Positions 1 through 11,854 of a stretch of 64,000 nucleotides of DNA are shown in pieces; position 1 is the first letter of the stretch, and the number at the start of each line of letters is the position of its first letter. A program made the translations under genes and the position numbers. This DNA is from Tubulanus polymorphus. Lineage: Eukaryota; Animalia; Nemertea. Below the pieces are notes generated by a model that did no database searches, had not been told where the DNA came from, and saw only the letters and a program-made list of their open reading frames with translations. The stretch lies in contig NC_134025.1 of assembly GCF_964204645.1 (NCBI RefSeq), positions 4,216,001 through 4,280,000 of the forward strand, written 5' to 3'.

Positions 1-50
1 AGGCGACATTAAAACGACTTCGAAACACACGATTAAGTCGTTTCAACTAC

Positions 51-125
51 CTCTTCAAGATCAGCATCACTTTCACTACTATCAGTATCAGAATCAATAA
101 GGGCTCTACTCTTCTTTCGCTTCAT
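51..125 (-). CDS. RTF1: First coding exon of RTF1 (PAF1 complex-associated elongation factor); gene continues beyond the window start
   Basis: Minus strand ATG at 125 reads MKRKKSRALIDSDTDSSESDADLEE, then GTAG donor at 50. Resembles the metazoan RTF1 N-terminus ([25 protein letters not shown]). Only 25 codons visible. Confidence 0.7.
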
Positions 126-512
126 TTTCGGGGTAAAATTTAGGGTAAATTACGAGCAGCAAATTTCATCCGCCGCGAGCCTTCGAGCCTTCCCGAACTA
201 AATTGAAATATCGTCGGAGTGAATAATGCTAGCGTTTCCGATTCGCTAATTCGGTCACTAATACAAACATTGTTAGGCATTATTTCTCGTAAATAAAGAT
301 TTCTAAAATATTAAAAAATGTTCTAAACTAACTTATTTCAATGTAAGTATATCATAATTGTATGTATTTAATTTTTATATGGTGAAATGAAGTTTCGCCA
401 TTAGATATTCAGCCCGTACCTACGAATGACACACTTATTGAAATGAAAATTCAGTCTCAAAAGTCACCTATTTAATCCTATTTAAACTAATTTTAATGTG
501 TAACACCTCAAA

Positions 513-3500
513 ATGTTCCGACATCAAGTACAGTTAACTAATAAGATAATAAAGTGCGCGTCTAAAGTGGCCGGGCGCCGCTGTTTACGAAGTTATCATT
601 CGGATGAAGGTGTATTTGGGTTCAAGAATGACAAATCTGCGAGATCCGTCTCTAATCTGGAATCATCCAATACAGACAATGGTGAGTTGCTAAGTTGAAT
701 TGCACTACATGTATCTTTCATTTTGGTATCTATCTTATATGCTAGAGTGGGTGCTTTATTTCTAATAGTTGAAGAGGATGATCATCGACCAATGTCCTGG
801 TGGAAAAAATTATTTTTCCACGACCAAGGGCGACGCAAAAAATCTGAAAATTCAGGTATTTTTGTTGAAAGTTGTTTTCCATGAATGTTACTCCACATAA
901 TTAGTTATTTCTTAGTAAGCTATCTATTTTTCAGCATGATTTGAAGTTTTCTGCTTGCACCAGATTCAGAATATTTGTTTGTATTTTGATTTAAACTTCT
1001 ATAGGCGCTTTTACGAAATTGAATCTGATTCGGTTTAGCTAAATCTGATTCGATGTCGGAAAACAAAAGGTTTAGTAAATCGAATCGTTTTTCGTAAATG
1101 AGTCAAATTTATCAATTTATCAATTTAAAGGTCGCGATTCAAAAGAAAATGGGCGTCAATGGTGACCGAATTATTGATAGATGATGGTCTGCGATAGATG
1201 TCTTAAGCCCTCGGTCGAAGAGGACGCCATGTTGGATTTCACTGACTAAATCGCTACTAATTTGCTGGCCGAGCAAGTTAGTCGATTTAATAAATCAGTT
1301 TACTAAACCGCGTCCATAAACAATTGGATTTATTAAACCCGATTCACTAAACCGCGGGCCGTAAACGTGAAACTTAAATCGATTTACAAAGATTCAGTTT
1401 CGTAAAAGCGCCTATTGTGTAATGAAATTACTAATAATGCAGTATTTTTATATATATGTATACATATATATATATAGGTGAATTATATAGATTTTTTCTT
1501 ACTGTCCATTATTCATTACAGATGAGCGCATTTAGCTTACAGAATTATCTATGTTTAGAAGCATTTTCTTAACATGTAGACTTAAGTGCAATGATTTTTG
1601 GTCCAATCTATGGATGATTGACGAAGAACTTGATTTTTGATTTCAGTGAATGTTGATCTCATTGATAACGCACATGTCATACGCCTGGTACAAGCTTACA
1701 GAGAATATGGACATAAAAAGGCTAAGATTGATCCATTAGGAATCATGAAATCACAGTCAGTAAAAATTGTAAGCTATACCAAAAATACTCTGCTGTAAAA
1801 TGTTTTTAAATGGCCATTTACACTTACAGACCAGCACCAGAATTAAAGCCAGAATTATACGGCTTATCTGTACAGTCCCCTGCATCGTTCAATGTCAAAG
1901 GAATTCTTCATTCTGAATTAACGAATGCAACGTGTGCAGAACTAGTCAATGAACTGGAGAATATATACTGCGGAGTTATTGGAGCAGAATTCCAGCATTT
2001 AATAGTGAGCCATTTTTATTTTCAATTACCTAACTTAATTTGATTCAATGTTTACCATGATTCAGTCTATGACGTGACATGTTTTATTGAAGGAAATGGA
2101 TGAAAGAACTTGGTTTGCTGAAAGGTTTGAAAATCTGCATTCTGTTCCGATATTGGCAGAACGGAAAGTCGAATTAGCGAAACTGATGCTTAAATGTGAG
2201 GTAATAATGTCTGAATTCATCAGGTTTTATATACGGAATTTGTCTTGGAACATGATTTAAGATATTGATGTCTGCTGTTTTGTAGGGTTTTGATCATTTT
2301 CTGGCCAGTAAATTTACTACCGTTAAACGATATGGTGGAGAAGGAGCTGAAAGTATGATGGCTGTGTTTGATGAGGTTTTCGCGTCTGCTGCTGAAAGTA
2401 AGTTGGACTGTTTTCTGACCTCATATGACTCTATTTTTGAGTATGATTATCGTATAATATTTTCCTTCTAGTGGGGGTAAAGGATATAGTGGCATGTATG
2501 CCTCATCGAGGAAGAAATAACCTGTTGACTTGTATGCTCGATTTTCCGATTGCTGTCATGTTGAGAAAGGTAAGTAATGCAATACGAAATGAATGTACCA
2601 CTATTATGAAGGATTCGCTAACGAACGTTACAATCCCTAAAGCACTGAAGATTCTGAGAGCTAGTTTTCATGCATCGGTGAAAATATGTTACAGATGAAA
2701 GGTTTGAGTGAATTTCCTCCAGGGGTCAAGGGCGCTGGTGATGTTCTGTCACATTTACGTTAGTATTTTCATCAAACCTGTGAAGAGACGTAGTGTATCT
2801 AATCGGCTTTTATACGTTCGTTTTGTATGTTATTCAGATACTTCCATTAATCTGAAATATGGTGAAAAAGACGTTCATGTATCATTAATACCAAACCCTT
2901 CACATTTAGAGGTAAGAGGAGTACAGGCTTTACTTATTTCAATGCTTACCGAGATTCATCCTTTTATTGCTATTTAATGCCAAACGGTTTGATACCTTTT
3001 CAGGCGAACAATCCAGTAGCGGTAGGAAAAACTAGAAGTCGCCAGAAACGATTACATGATGGAGATTATAATAATGACACTGATGTGCATCTCGGTGATA
3101 AAGCACTTTGTCTACAAGTTCACGGTGATGCATCATTTACTGGTCAGGTAAATTACATCTATAACTTCATATCCTTCATCCTCAGACCTGTTGTGCAGAA
3201 GTTTTACTTTGAATGGTCTATTATTCAGGGCATTGTTCCCGAGACATTTACATTGGCTTACACCCCACATTTCCGAATTGGTGGCAGCATACATTTGATA
3301 GTTAACAATCAACTAGGGTTTACTACAGAACCTGAGAGAGGAAGGTAATGTACTGTAATTGTGTTATTCATTCATAGTTCTATGATCGAAAAAGTGCTGA
3401 AGAAAATCAAACATTTACGCCGTTTATTTGAACTGCAGGTCATTCCATTACTGCAGTGATGTCGGGAAAATGATCGCTTGTCCAGTACTACATGTGAATG

Positions 3501-6055
3501 CAGATTATCCAGAGGTAAAGTACACAATATACCGTAATATTTTATACTTTGTGTAACCCTGTGATTTAAAGCTGAAATTCTGCTGACAGAATGTTTTAAG
3601 AGCGACTCGACTTGCTATGGAGTACCGTCAGACATTCAAGAAAGATGTAATTATTGACCTAGTCTGCTTCCGACGCTGGGGTCATAATGAACTCGATGAT
3701 CCATCCTTTACCCAGCCCCTGATGTACGAGGTTATTAACAACAGACCGAGTATACCTGCCTTGTATTCAGAGAAAATAGTAGTAAGTGCTCACCACTATA
3801 AGTAATTATGAGAGAGTTTCAATGATTGTTGCATCCTCGTATCATCTTTCATTAAAGCATGAAAATCTGTGCGATGGAGAAGAGTTACAGAGTTACGTGA
3901 AAGACTGGCAAGAACAGCTTAATAATGAAATAAAGAAAATGGATAATTACACGCCTAAAGTTTGTATTCATTCCTAATACTTTCTCATATTTGAGCTATA
4001 TATACGATGCAAATCTGAAAATAGACATTTGTTTGAATTTAGGCAAATCATTTGGAAGCTCAATGGAAAGGATTAGTTCAAGCCCCTAACACTATTAGTC
4101 GTTGGGATACCGGTGTTCCTACAGATCTCCTAAAATATGTTGGTGCTAAATCTGTCGCTGTTCCAGATGATGTGGTAAATGATTCGTAAATTCTATAACT
4201 GATGTTATTATCCTTTAGAAATGTTCTTACTGATATTTGTCCTGTCTTTACGAACAGACAGTCCATCCAACTTTGATTAAAACTCACATCGAACGCAGAG
4301 TTCAGCGGTTAGAATCGGGAACTGAATTAGACTGGGCGACTGGAGAAGCTTTAGCTATGGGTTCATTACTTCATCAAGGTAGGACATATTTCATTAGAAT
4401 CGTGGATAGTTTGCTCTCCAGATTGATCACTATCTCTTGATGATGTGATGTTTAGGTTATGGTGTACGAATATCTGGCCAAGATGTTGGAAGAGGAACTT
4501 TTAGCCATAGACATTGTATGCTCGTTGACCAGAAGAAGGATCAAATCTATGTACCTTTGAACCACATGCACGACAAACAGTCTGCATTTATTGAGGTATA
4601 ATGTAGCTATAAAATGTTCATCAAACAGCAGAAACCAGAAATGAGTAACAAAATTCATATAATGGGTTTACCTGATTTGAATTTTCCAGGTGGCAAATAG
4701 TGCGCTTTCGGAGGAAGCTGTATTAGGATTTGAGTATGGCCTAAGCATTGATGATCCCAACACATTGGCGATCTGGGAGGCTCAGTTCGGAGACTTTTTT
4801 AATGGGGCTCAGCCTATTATTGACACATATGTTACAGCTGGAGAAAGTAAGTTTGCGCTGAACATTGGGTTTGATATGCTGCATGCATGTTTTGCAATGA
4901 AAATTAATGATTGATTACAGATAAATGGCTTTTACAATCCGGACTAGTCATGTTACTACCAAATGGTATGGATGGAGCAGGACCTGAACATTCTTCTTGT
5001 CGCTTGGAAAGATTCCTTGTTGTAAGTACCATACGTCAATTCATAATGAAACGAAAAAGCACTGAAATTTTTCGGTTTTGTATAGAGAGCTAGATTTCGT
5101 TCGTTCGAATTTCCAGATGTGTGATAGTAAAGAAGATGGTGTTGATGGTGATGATGTAAATATTCAGATAGTGAATCCAACAACTTCTGCTCAGTATTTC
5201 CATTTGCTACGTAGACAGGTAGGAGATCCTTCCACGGATTTTTTGTACCATCTATCTAGTTCACGCATAACACCATCAGAATTTATATTATTTTGCAGAT
5301 GATACGTAATTTTAGAAAGCCTCTTATCGTGTCGTCACCGAAAATGATCCTGCGAATGTCAGCTGCTAGTTCTAGTTTGACCGATATGGCACCGGGTACA
5401 TCATTTCAACCAGTCATCGATGACATGTCTGTACAACCAGCTAAGGTCAGCCGAATTATTATCTGTTGCGGAAAACATTTCTATGCCCTTCAGAAAGAGA
5501 GAGCTGCCCGAAATATTGAAGATACTGCCATAATTAGAATAGAGGTACCAGTAATCATCGTTGCTAGTGATCTCATGTAGTATAGAATCTGTCTCTTCTT
5601 ACACGCAACTTGTATTTTATCTATTACGCAGGAACTGTGTCCATTTCCCGCTGAAGCAGCCAAAAATATCATCAATAAATATCCAAATGCAACAGGTGAT
5701 AGTTAATTAGGATATTGATGTATTGACTCGGGATATTTAAGAATAAATTGTAACTGAACTTATACTTTTATCTATTGCAGAATTCGTGTGGAGTCAGGAA
5801 GAACATCGAAATATGGGTGCTTGGTTCTTCGTAAAGCCTAGATTTGAGAATATTGTTGGAATCAGAGTGAGTGAATTTGATATTATGAAACCTGATATAA
5901 TTATTCAACAAAATGTTTAATCATCCCTCTTTCTTTGTATTTTGAAGTTGAAATACGTTGGTCGTGATGTGCTTGGAATGCCGGCTGTTGGAATCGGACA
6001 CGTTCATAAACAGGAAGCAGAGTATGCTGTACAGAAGCCTTTCGAAAGATCGTGA
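513..6055 (+). CDS. DHTKD1: 2-oxoadipate dehydrogenase E1 (DHTKD1), mitochondrial, multi-exon
   Basis: Basic N-terminal targeting-like peptide ending [10 protein letters not shown]. Spliced motifs [110 protein letters not shown] at 6053-6055. Confidence 0.95.
769..855 (+). CDS. Putative extra 87-nt in-frame (phase 1-1) exon in DHTKD1 intron 1
   Basis: tttatttctaatag|TTGAAG...AATTCAG|gtattt. Open in the DHTKD1 frame: [29 protein letters not shown]. Confidence 0.55.
1004..1412. mobile_element. MITE in DHTKD1 intron 1
   Basis: Terminal inverted repeat ggcgcttttacgaaattgaatct / agattcagtttcgtaaaagcgcc (1 mismatch), flanked by TA on both sides. Internal degenerate repeats, no ORF. Confidence 0.85.
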
Positions 6056-6655
6056 TGATACAAATGGAGTGAATTACCGATTAGAATTATCTATGCCACC
6101 AAAAATACATAAAGTGTTAAATACATAACATCCTTTTAATGTATTTTTGGTACCACTGAATTATTCAGCAAAATTTCAAGAATTTTTCATCATGTTACTC
6201 TATGTGATAAAATCAATTGTTACATTATGTGCTTACAACAAATGTGGGCTACACTGACTTATCATTTGTAACAATATGTGCTAACAACGAAAATTGTTTC
6301 ATTTAGTTTTGATTTTTGTAATATTTTAAGTTAAGTTGCATAGCAATACAGTAATTCAACATTTGTTTGAATATTTTTACATTCCATTTGAAAGTTGATA
6401 AGCAGCTGTTATTTCATATCATAGAGTACCATAGAGGCAGGGTCTCGATTAAACGTATTCCAGAATAGAATTTATTCTAGTCAAAACACTTAAACTAATT
6501 CTGGTTGGAAAGCTATCGTAACCTGCCTTGAAATTGCCCGTTTATAACGCTTGATATTTCACAATTATTTATCATGTTTGAACTTAGTGATCTAATCGCT
6601 AGGAAGTAATGATCTAACCGGACCTGTTAATTAGCTTTAATGATGACTCGCTAGG

Positions 6656-6820
6656 CAGGGCCACCTTCGGTTATCTGAGTTAGTCGACTATAGTCGAACT
6701 AAACGAAACCGAATGTCCGTTAGTCGGAACTATATTCCGGAAATAGTTCAAAAATCAAGTGCATTCGGTTATTAGTTCCGACCACTAGTCGACTAGATAC
6801 GAAAACCGAATTTGGCCCTG
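6656..6820. mobile_element. Short palindromic MITE (CAGGG...CCCTG ends, hAT-like)
   Basis: cagggccaccttcggtt..tagtcgacta at the left end and tagtcgacta..aaccgaatttggccctg at the right end. TSD not convincing. Confidence 0.6.
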
Positions 6821-6975
6821 TCTGTTGGTCGTGTTTGAATGATGTGCAGATGTGATGTAACAAACGAAACTGAAGTTTATAGAATATAGCAAATGTTTTA
6901 CAAATACATCAGATTTTATTCGAACTAGTTTTTGAAATGCAATTAAAATAATTTGTGGAGTTTGTCGGTGAGATT

Positions 6976-7704
6976 TCATGCGTTCGAGAGTTTACAATCT
7001 TCCACAGTTAATGGACTGTGTACCTAAAATTAAAACCATATACATTAACTACAAGTACAAATGACACAATAATTAAATATTAGGCCTGGGAATATTCTGC
7101 TTACACTCTCTGCAATATTCGCCCATTCTAATGCTTTATGTATCTTGTCCTGATTCGTTGGTTGCGTATCCCAATTCCAGTGTGTAAATTTATCGAATGT
7201 TTTTGAGATTATAAATTGTCTGTCCTCTTCGTCTGTTAAAGTAGGTCGTGGTTCAGTGATCACTAAGCCTGCAATAAATTGAAAGAGTTCACATAGAATC
7301 AGAATCAAGGCGAACATGTGCAGATTGTCCTCCAGTCGGGAATGTTGTTTTACTTTACTGAGTGATGAATACCTTTATACTCTGATGGCACCGAGATTTC
7401 TTGTCCCCTTAACGGATGTCCCCTGAAAACTCCTATCACTTCTAAATGATAATTTAACATAAAGTTTATGAGCGGGCGCTTTCAATTACTCTACAGAATC
7501 GACCACAAACAGACTGCAACACTAACCTGATTCATTCTGATGAGAGGATGATGATGAATTCAGCTCTTTGATTACATCATCGAAATAATTACCAACATTT
7601 GCTGGACCATTCATTTCAATATTACACGGTATAGACTGTAGTTTAGTTTCATTATCAGCAGAATGATTATAAGTTGAAGTATTAAGTCTTATAATCGCTG
7701 ACAT
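6976..7704 (-). CDS. RNASEH2C: Ribonuclease H2 subunit C (4 exons)
   Basis: LQSIPCNIEMNGPANVGNYF, FRGHPLRGQ, FDKFTHWNWDTQP, ALEWANIAESVHSP are typical RNase H2C motifs. Stop at 6976-6978. Confidence 0.9.
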
Positions 7705-7838
7705 GCTCGATCTGTCTGAAAATTATAAATTATCGAACAAAATTCAAATCTTTCGGTAATTATGCTAACTTTTGACAGCATTTGAAGGTAAAACGCGGAT
7801 TAGGCTTATTTCGTGTCAAATTAACCCGCGCGTGACAA

Positions 7839-8092
7839 AGTGGCAGCACCATACGGTCCTCTAACGGATTTTGTGTGAACTAATGCATCGCGGGCTAGCA
7901 ATTTTCTGTTCTTGGAATATGCAGTTAACGCATTTACCCTTCTCTGTACATTGTCTATAAATTATTTTAATTCTTAAAATTTGAATCGTGTCTTTACGGG
8001 GTTCCTTTACGGTAAATTATGAGCTCGGTAGGCCCAGCGGTATTACTTTAGTTCGCATAAATTCCGCTAGGTGACCGTATGGTGCTGCCACT
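7839..8092. mobile_element. Inverted-repeat element (MITE-like) in the RNASEH2C / small-gene intergenic region
   Basis: agtggcagcaccatacggtcctctaacgga at 7839 and the reverse complement of tccgctaggtgaccgtatggtgctgccact ending at 8092 match at 27 of 30 positions. No clear TSD. Confidence 0.7.
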
Positions 8093-8351
8093 ATGCTAGC
8101 AGAATATTATTACCGAATTAATCATAAGATTTTATTTACATGACATAGCAATATATCACTTATTGAATAAATGGCAATCGGTATATTATGATGTTTTTGT
8201 GTAACATTGTACATTCAACACAGACAATACAGAGCAGTACAACATATTCCGATTCCGTGTTTTATTCATTACTTCCTGGAAAATGGCTGCGCCCATCGTA
8301 CAGAAACTACACAAATTTTTTAATTAAAATGTTGACCTCTATGTCGCTGAA

Positions 8352-8944
8352 ATGATACCAAGATTTCGATTTGGTTCTCCTGGAAATCGGGCAGGTGCGT
8401 GGAAGAAAAAAGTTAATTTTCTGTACTTCTTCTTCGCTTGGAACGCCTTTGGTTTGGTACTTTATGACCTCTACAAGAAAAATGCGCCAAAAGATTCCGA
8501 ATGGGCACAACTCTCATCAGGTTTGTAAATAATGTCACTCGCGCAGAGATGTTAGTTTTCCAGTTTTTAATTTGCTGATATAAATGAATTTTCCAATTGA
8601 AGCAAACCAAATGACTCGTGCTCTGGTATGAGCAACCCCATACATCATCAGCCTTCGCTCTCTTATTGGAGTTTCGCCATGTAATCAGGTTATTTTGGGT
8701 TTTTGCAAATTAGATCTCTGCTCGATCATGACCAACATAAATTTTCAACTCAATTTATTCCAGCTTAGCTGTTTGGGCGCTATTCCATATGTTGTTATTT
8801 CACATTTCAGTTCAGAAATATCTACGGTTGGTCGACATTCACAGTACTGACGGGGGAGTGATATATAAGAAATACGAGGGATTAGGCATGAGAAAGGTTG
8901 AAGAAAGAGAAACAACAATTGACGAACTCAAAGCAGGAAAATAA
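8352..8944 (+). CDS. Uncharacterised ~100-aa single-pass membrane protein, exons 8352-8520 and 8811-8944
   Basis: Phase-1 splice CAG|gtttgt ... cacatttcag|TT joins two open frames into MIPRFRFGSPGNRAGAWKKKVNFLYFFFAWNAFGLVLYDLYKKNAPKDSEWAQLSSVQKYLRLVDIHSTDGGVIYKKYEGLGMRKVEERETTIDELKAGK*. One hydrophobic segment. Absent from the ORF track because each piece is under 60 aa. Confidence 0.7.
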
Positions 8945-11854
8945 AAAGAAAGCAGAGTTATAGTGTGAATATGTATATAGGCATATGTAGAATTGTATCA
9001 TACAGTTGTTAGACAGAGGCTTTCTGTGAATTAAATTTTTATCTAAATTAATTTAAAGCTTCATTGTCGTTACTTTTATTAGCTTTTTTCAGTAGTTCCA
9101 TAATATACTATATGATAACTTTATTAGATGAGTTTTAGTTGCTGGTTGTACCCAAAATGACAGTACTCACAGTATACTAGTGTTTTAAAAGTGGGTCGAC
9201 ATTGCAATGTATTTAAATCATGAGTGGCTATATTAACGTTGCTAACTCCAATATGTAATTTAGTGGAGCCAAAGCTGACCCGCGTTATTTGTCACCGTTC
9301 ATCTACCGATGCATGTAGAGCCACTACATAAAATCATTGGCTGCTTCTAGGAAGACATTGCCATGTGCTGCCACCTTGTTCATGGAATAAGTACACTTGC
9401 CGACCTTTTCACCACTATATGACCTGTCTACTCCTTCCAGACATGTATTGTAGAAACGGACAAAGACCAAATATAAAGACATTTGACAAACGAGGTATTT
9501 AGGATGTTACAATTTATTGATGAACAGCTACACAGGTTCAAACTACATGAGGAACATTCAGTGTTGCACAAGGCTGGAATAAAAGACAAGGACACACAGT
9601 CAGTCATTATTTACTTAAGCTGATAAATTAGGTTTGTTTTTGTTGTTTCACCAAAAGTTTTTCGAGCCCTTATATTGGTTGTATATTTTCATATAAAAAT
9701 GATTCAATTGCTTCTACATGTGATTAGCTTAAAAGATTATTCCTAAGATTTGAAGACACCCTAACCAGTGAAAGCTATTTGGCACAGAAAAGTTCAACAT
9801 CTACTACATCTCGTTTATATCTAGATAAGAGTATATACCATCAACTGCTTAAATATCTCCAACTTTCAATACGATTGACAGGAGATTTAAGCAGCATATG
9901 CTGTTGACAGTACTTTCAATGACTGGTACCAATTCTTTCAATTCATAAAAACTAACAGAAGGGATTACACAATTTCAACAGTTGTCCAATCCTTTGCATA
10001 TTTCGTAACTTGTTATACAGCACCAGTAAAATCTAATAAATATCTTTCTTTTTCTATGATTTATATTTTTTAAGACTGTTTGGCTAGGGTACATGTAATC
10101 TTGTTTATTCCTCCAGTTTTACATCAACCACTATTCCTCGTCATGTACATCACAAGTAGTACATACACATGCAAGTGTAATTGATATTTCAATTGTTTGG
10201 TTTGCACTCTTCGTCGATATTTCTGAGTAGCAGAAAGAATACACATAAACTATGACACTTAATGAACTACATGCATTATGAACTGGAAGCAAAATCGTTC
10301 TTAAAACAAATACGGCCACAAGCAGCTGTGAGACCGTGGCTTACTAACTGTGTGTGAAGATCAGTGCATTGCGGTTTAACTACCAGTGAACAGATAGAAC
10401 AACAATAGAATTTATAGTGTTTAATAGTGCCCTTTGTAAAATGTATGCTGCTCGGGAATAGTGAGAATTTCTGTCAGTTGAATCCTATATTGCTTGGTCA
10501 CATATTCCTGCAAACATCCATTTGTATTACAACACATATCTAGACATTTGCTGCTTAGCCGTGGTTCAACATTTTTACAAAACATTATTCTCAATATATA
10601 TATTATTATTATTATTCATATTAACATCGATCTTAAATTATCAACATATACAAGATGACCTTTCTGTCGTGTTTGCAAAACTGCAAAGAAAACATGCAGT
10701 ACATTTACATTAATTGAAATCTTTGTTAAGAAAATTGGTAAAATATAAAACAAGCGAGCTTCATCCTCTGTTGTGAAATCCAAAAATAATATAATACAGG
10801 ATTATCAGTCCTAGAATCCAGAATTACTTCATAAAATTGAAAAATACAACAGACGATAAATATATATCATTATCATATAAACTTTATCTTGAATTACATT
10901 TAATAATAGAAATCGCCAATCTTCAAAAGGAACCAACCACCATTGACCTGAACTAAGGGTACTTTGTTTGATAGTTAAGACTTGGTGGGAACTTAGCATC
11001 AGCTATTGTTGTCATAATTATTTGTTGGTGTATATATAATGCTCACAATGCTCAAAAGCTAAAAAGCTATTTCACTTTTTACACTAGTTACTTATGTACA
11101 ATTATTCTGGTAATTACGTCACCAAGGCTTTTCCTCTACAAAAGCTTAGAAAACCCACCTCTTTATACAGCATCACATCTAGAATTTTTTCAAGTCAGAG
11201 CATCAAGTGTAACTTCATACAGAACAACCTGTGCCCACTAATAAATCAGACAGATGTTGGATGAACTGTTGTCTTGACTAAAAATTCTGTAGCAATGTAG
11301 CAATCATAAACAAATGTAGTTGAAATGAAGTAATTTCTGCATGTAGCCTTAAATCCGTGAGATTTCTCATCGCGATTCACGACAGGTATTTAATCCACCA
11401 TGTTGCTATTGGTTTAGTAAACAAACGTGTGTCTACCATGATATGTCACATGATGCAGAAACCACTCTTTTAAGTTAATAACTTAATAGTAAAAATATTA
11501 TTCGAAAAAATTATTGACAATCAGATTTATACACAACGCAGAATCTTGATCTTCTATCCCTGTTCTTCAATGCACAAGATGTTTTAACACCATTTCAATA
11601 AGTAACGCACGATATCTTAGATCATTATACCGGTAAGATCTTTATCATGTTCTTTTTTAGACCAATTAATGAAAATTGTCGTCCACCTCAGTCTTTATAT
11701 TCTCTACCATGAAAAGTCTCAAATTAATAAAGGCCAGATTCATTACGAAAAAGTAGATCACAGTTATTTTTGGGAAAAATTATGAATTATTTAACTTTCT
11801 TTTCTAGTTAATAATGACAAGAAATTGTGGAATCCTTGGTCACAGCAGTGCATT

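Noticed and set aside
8603-8625. Possible middle exon of the small gene (ANQMTRAL)
   Set aside because: It is 23 nt long and would shift the frame of the final exon. The direct 8520-8811 splice gives a clean product.
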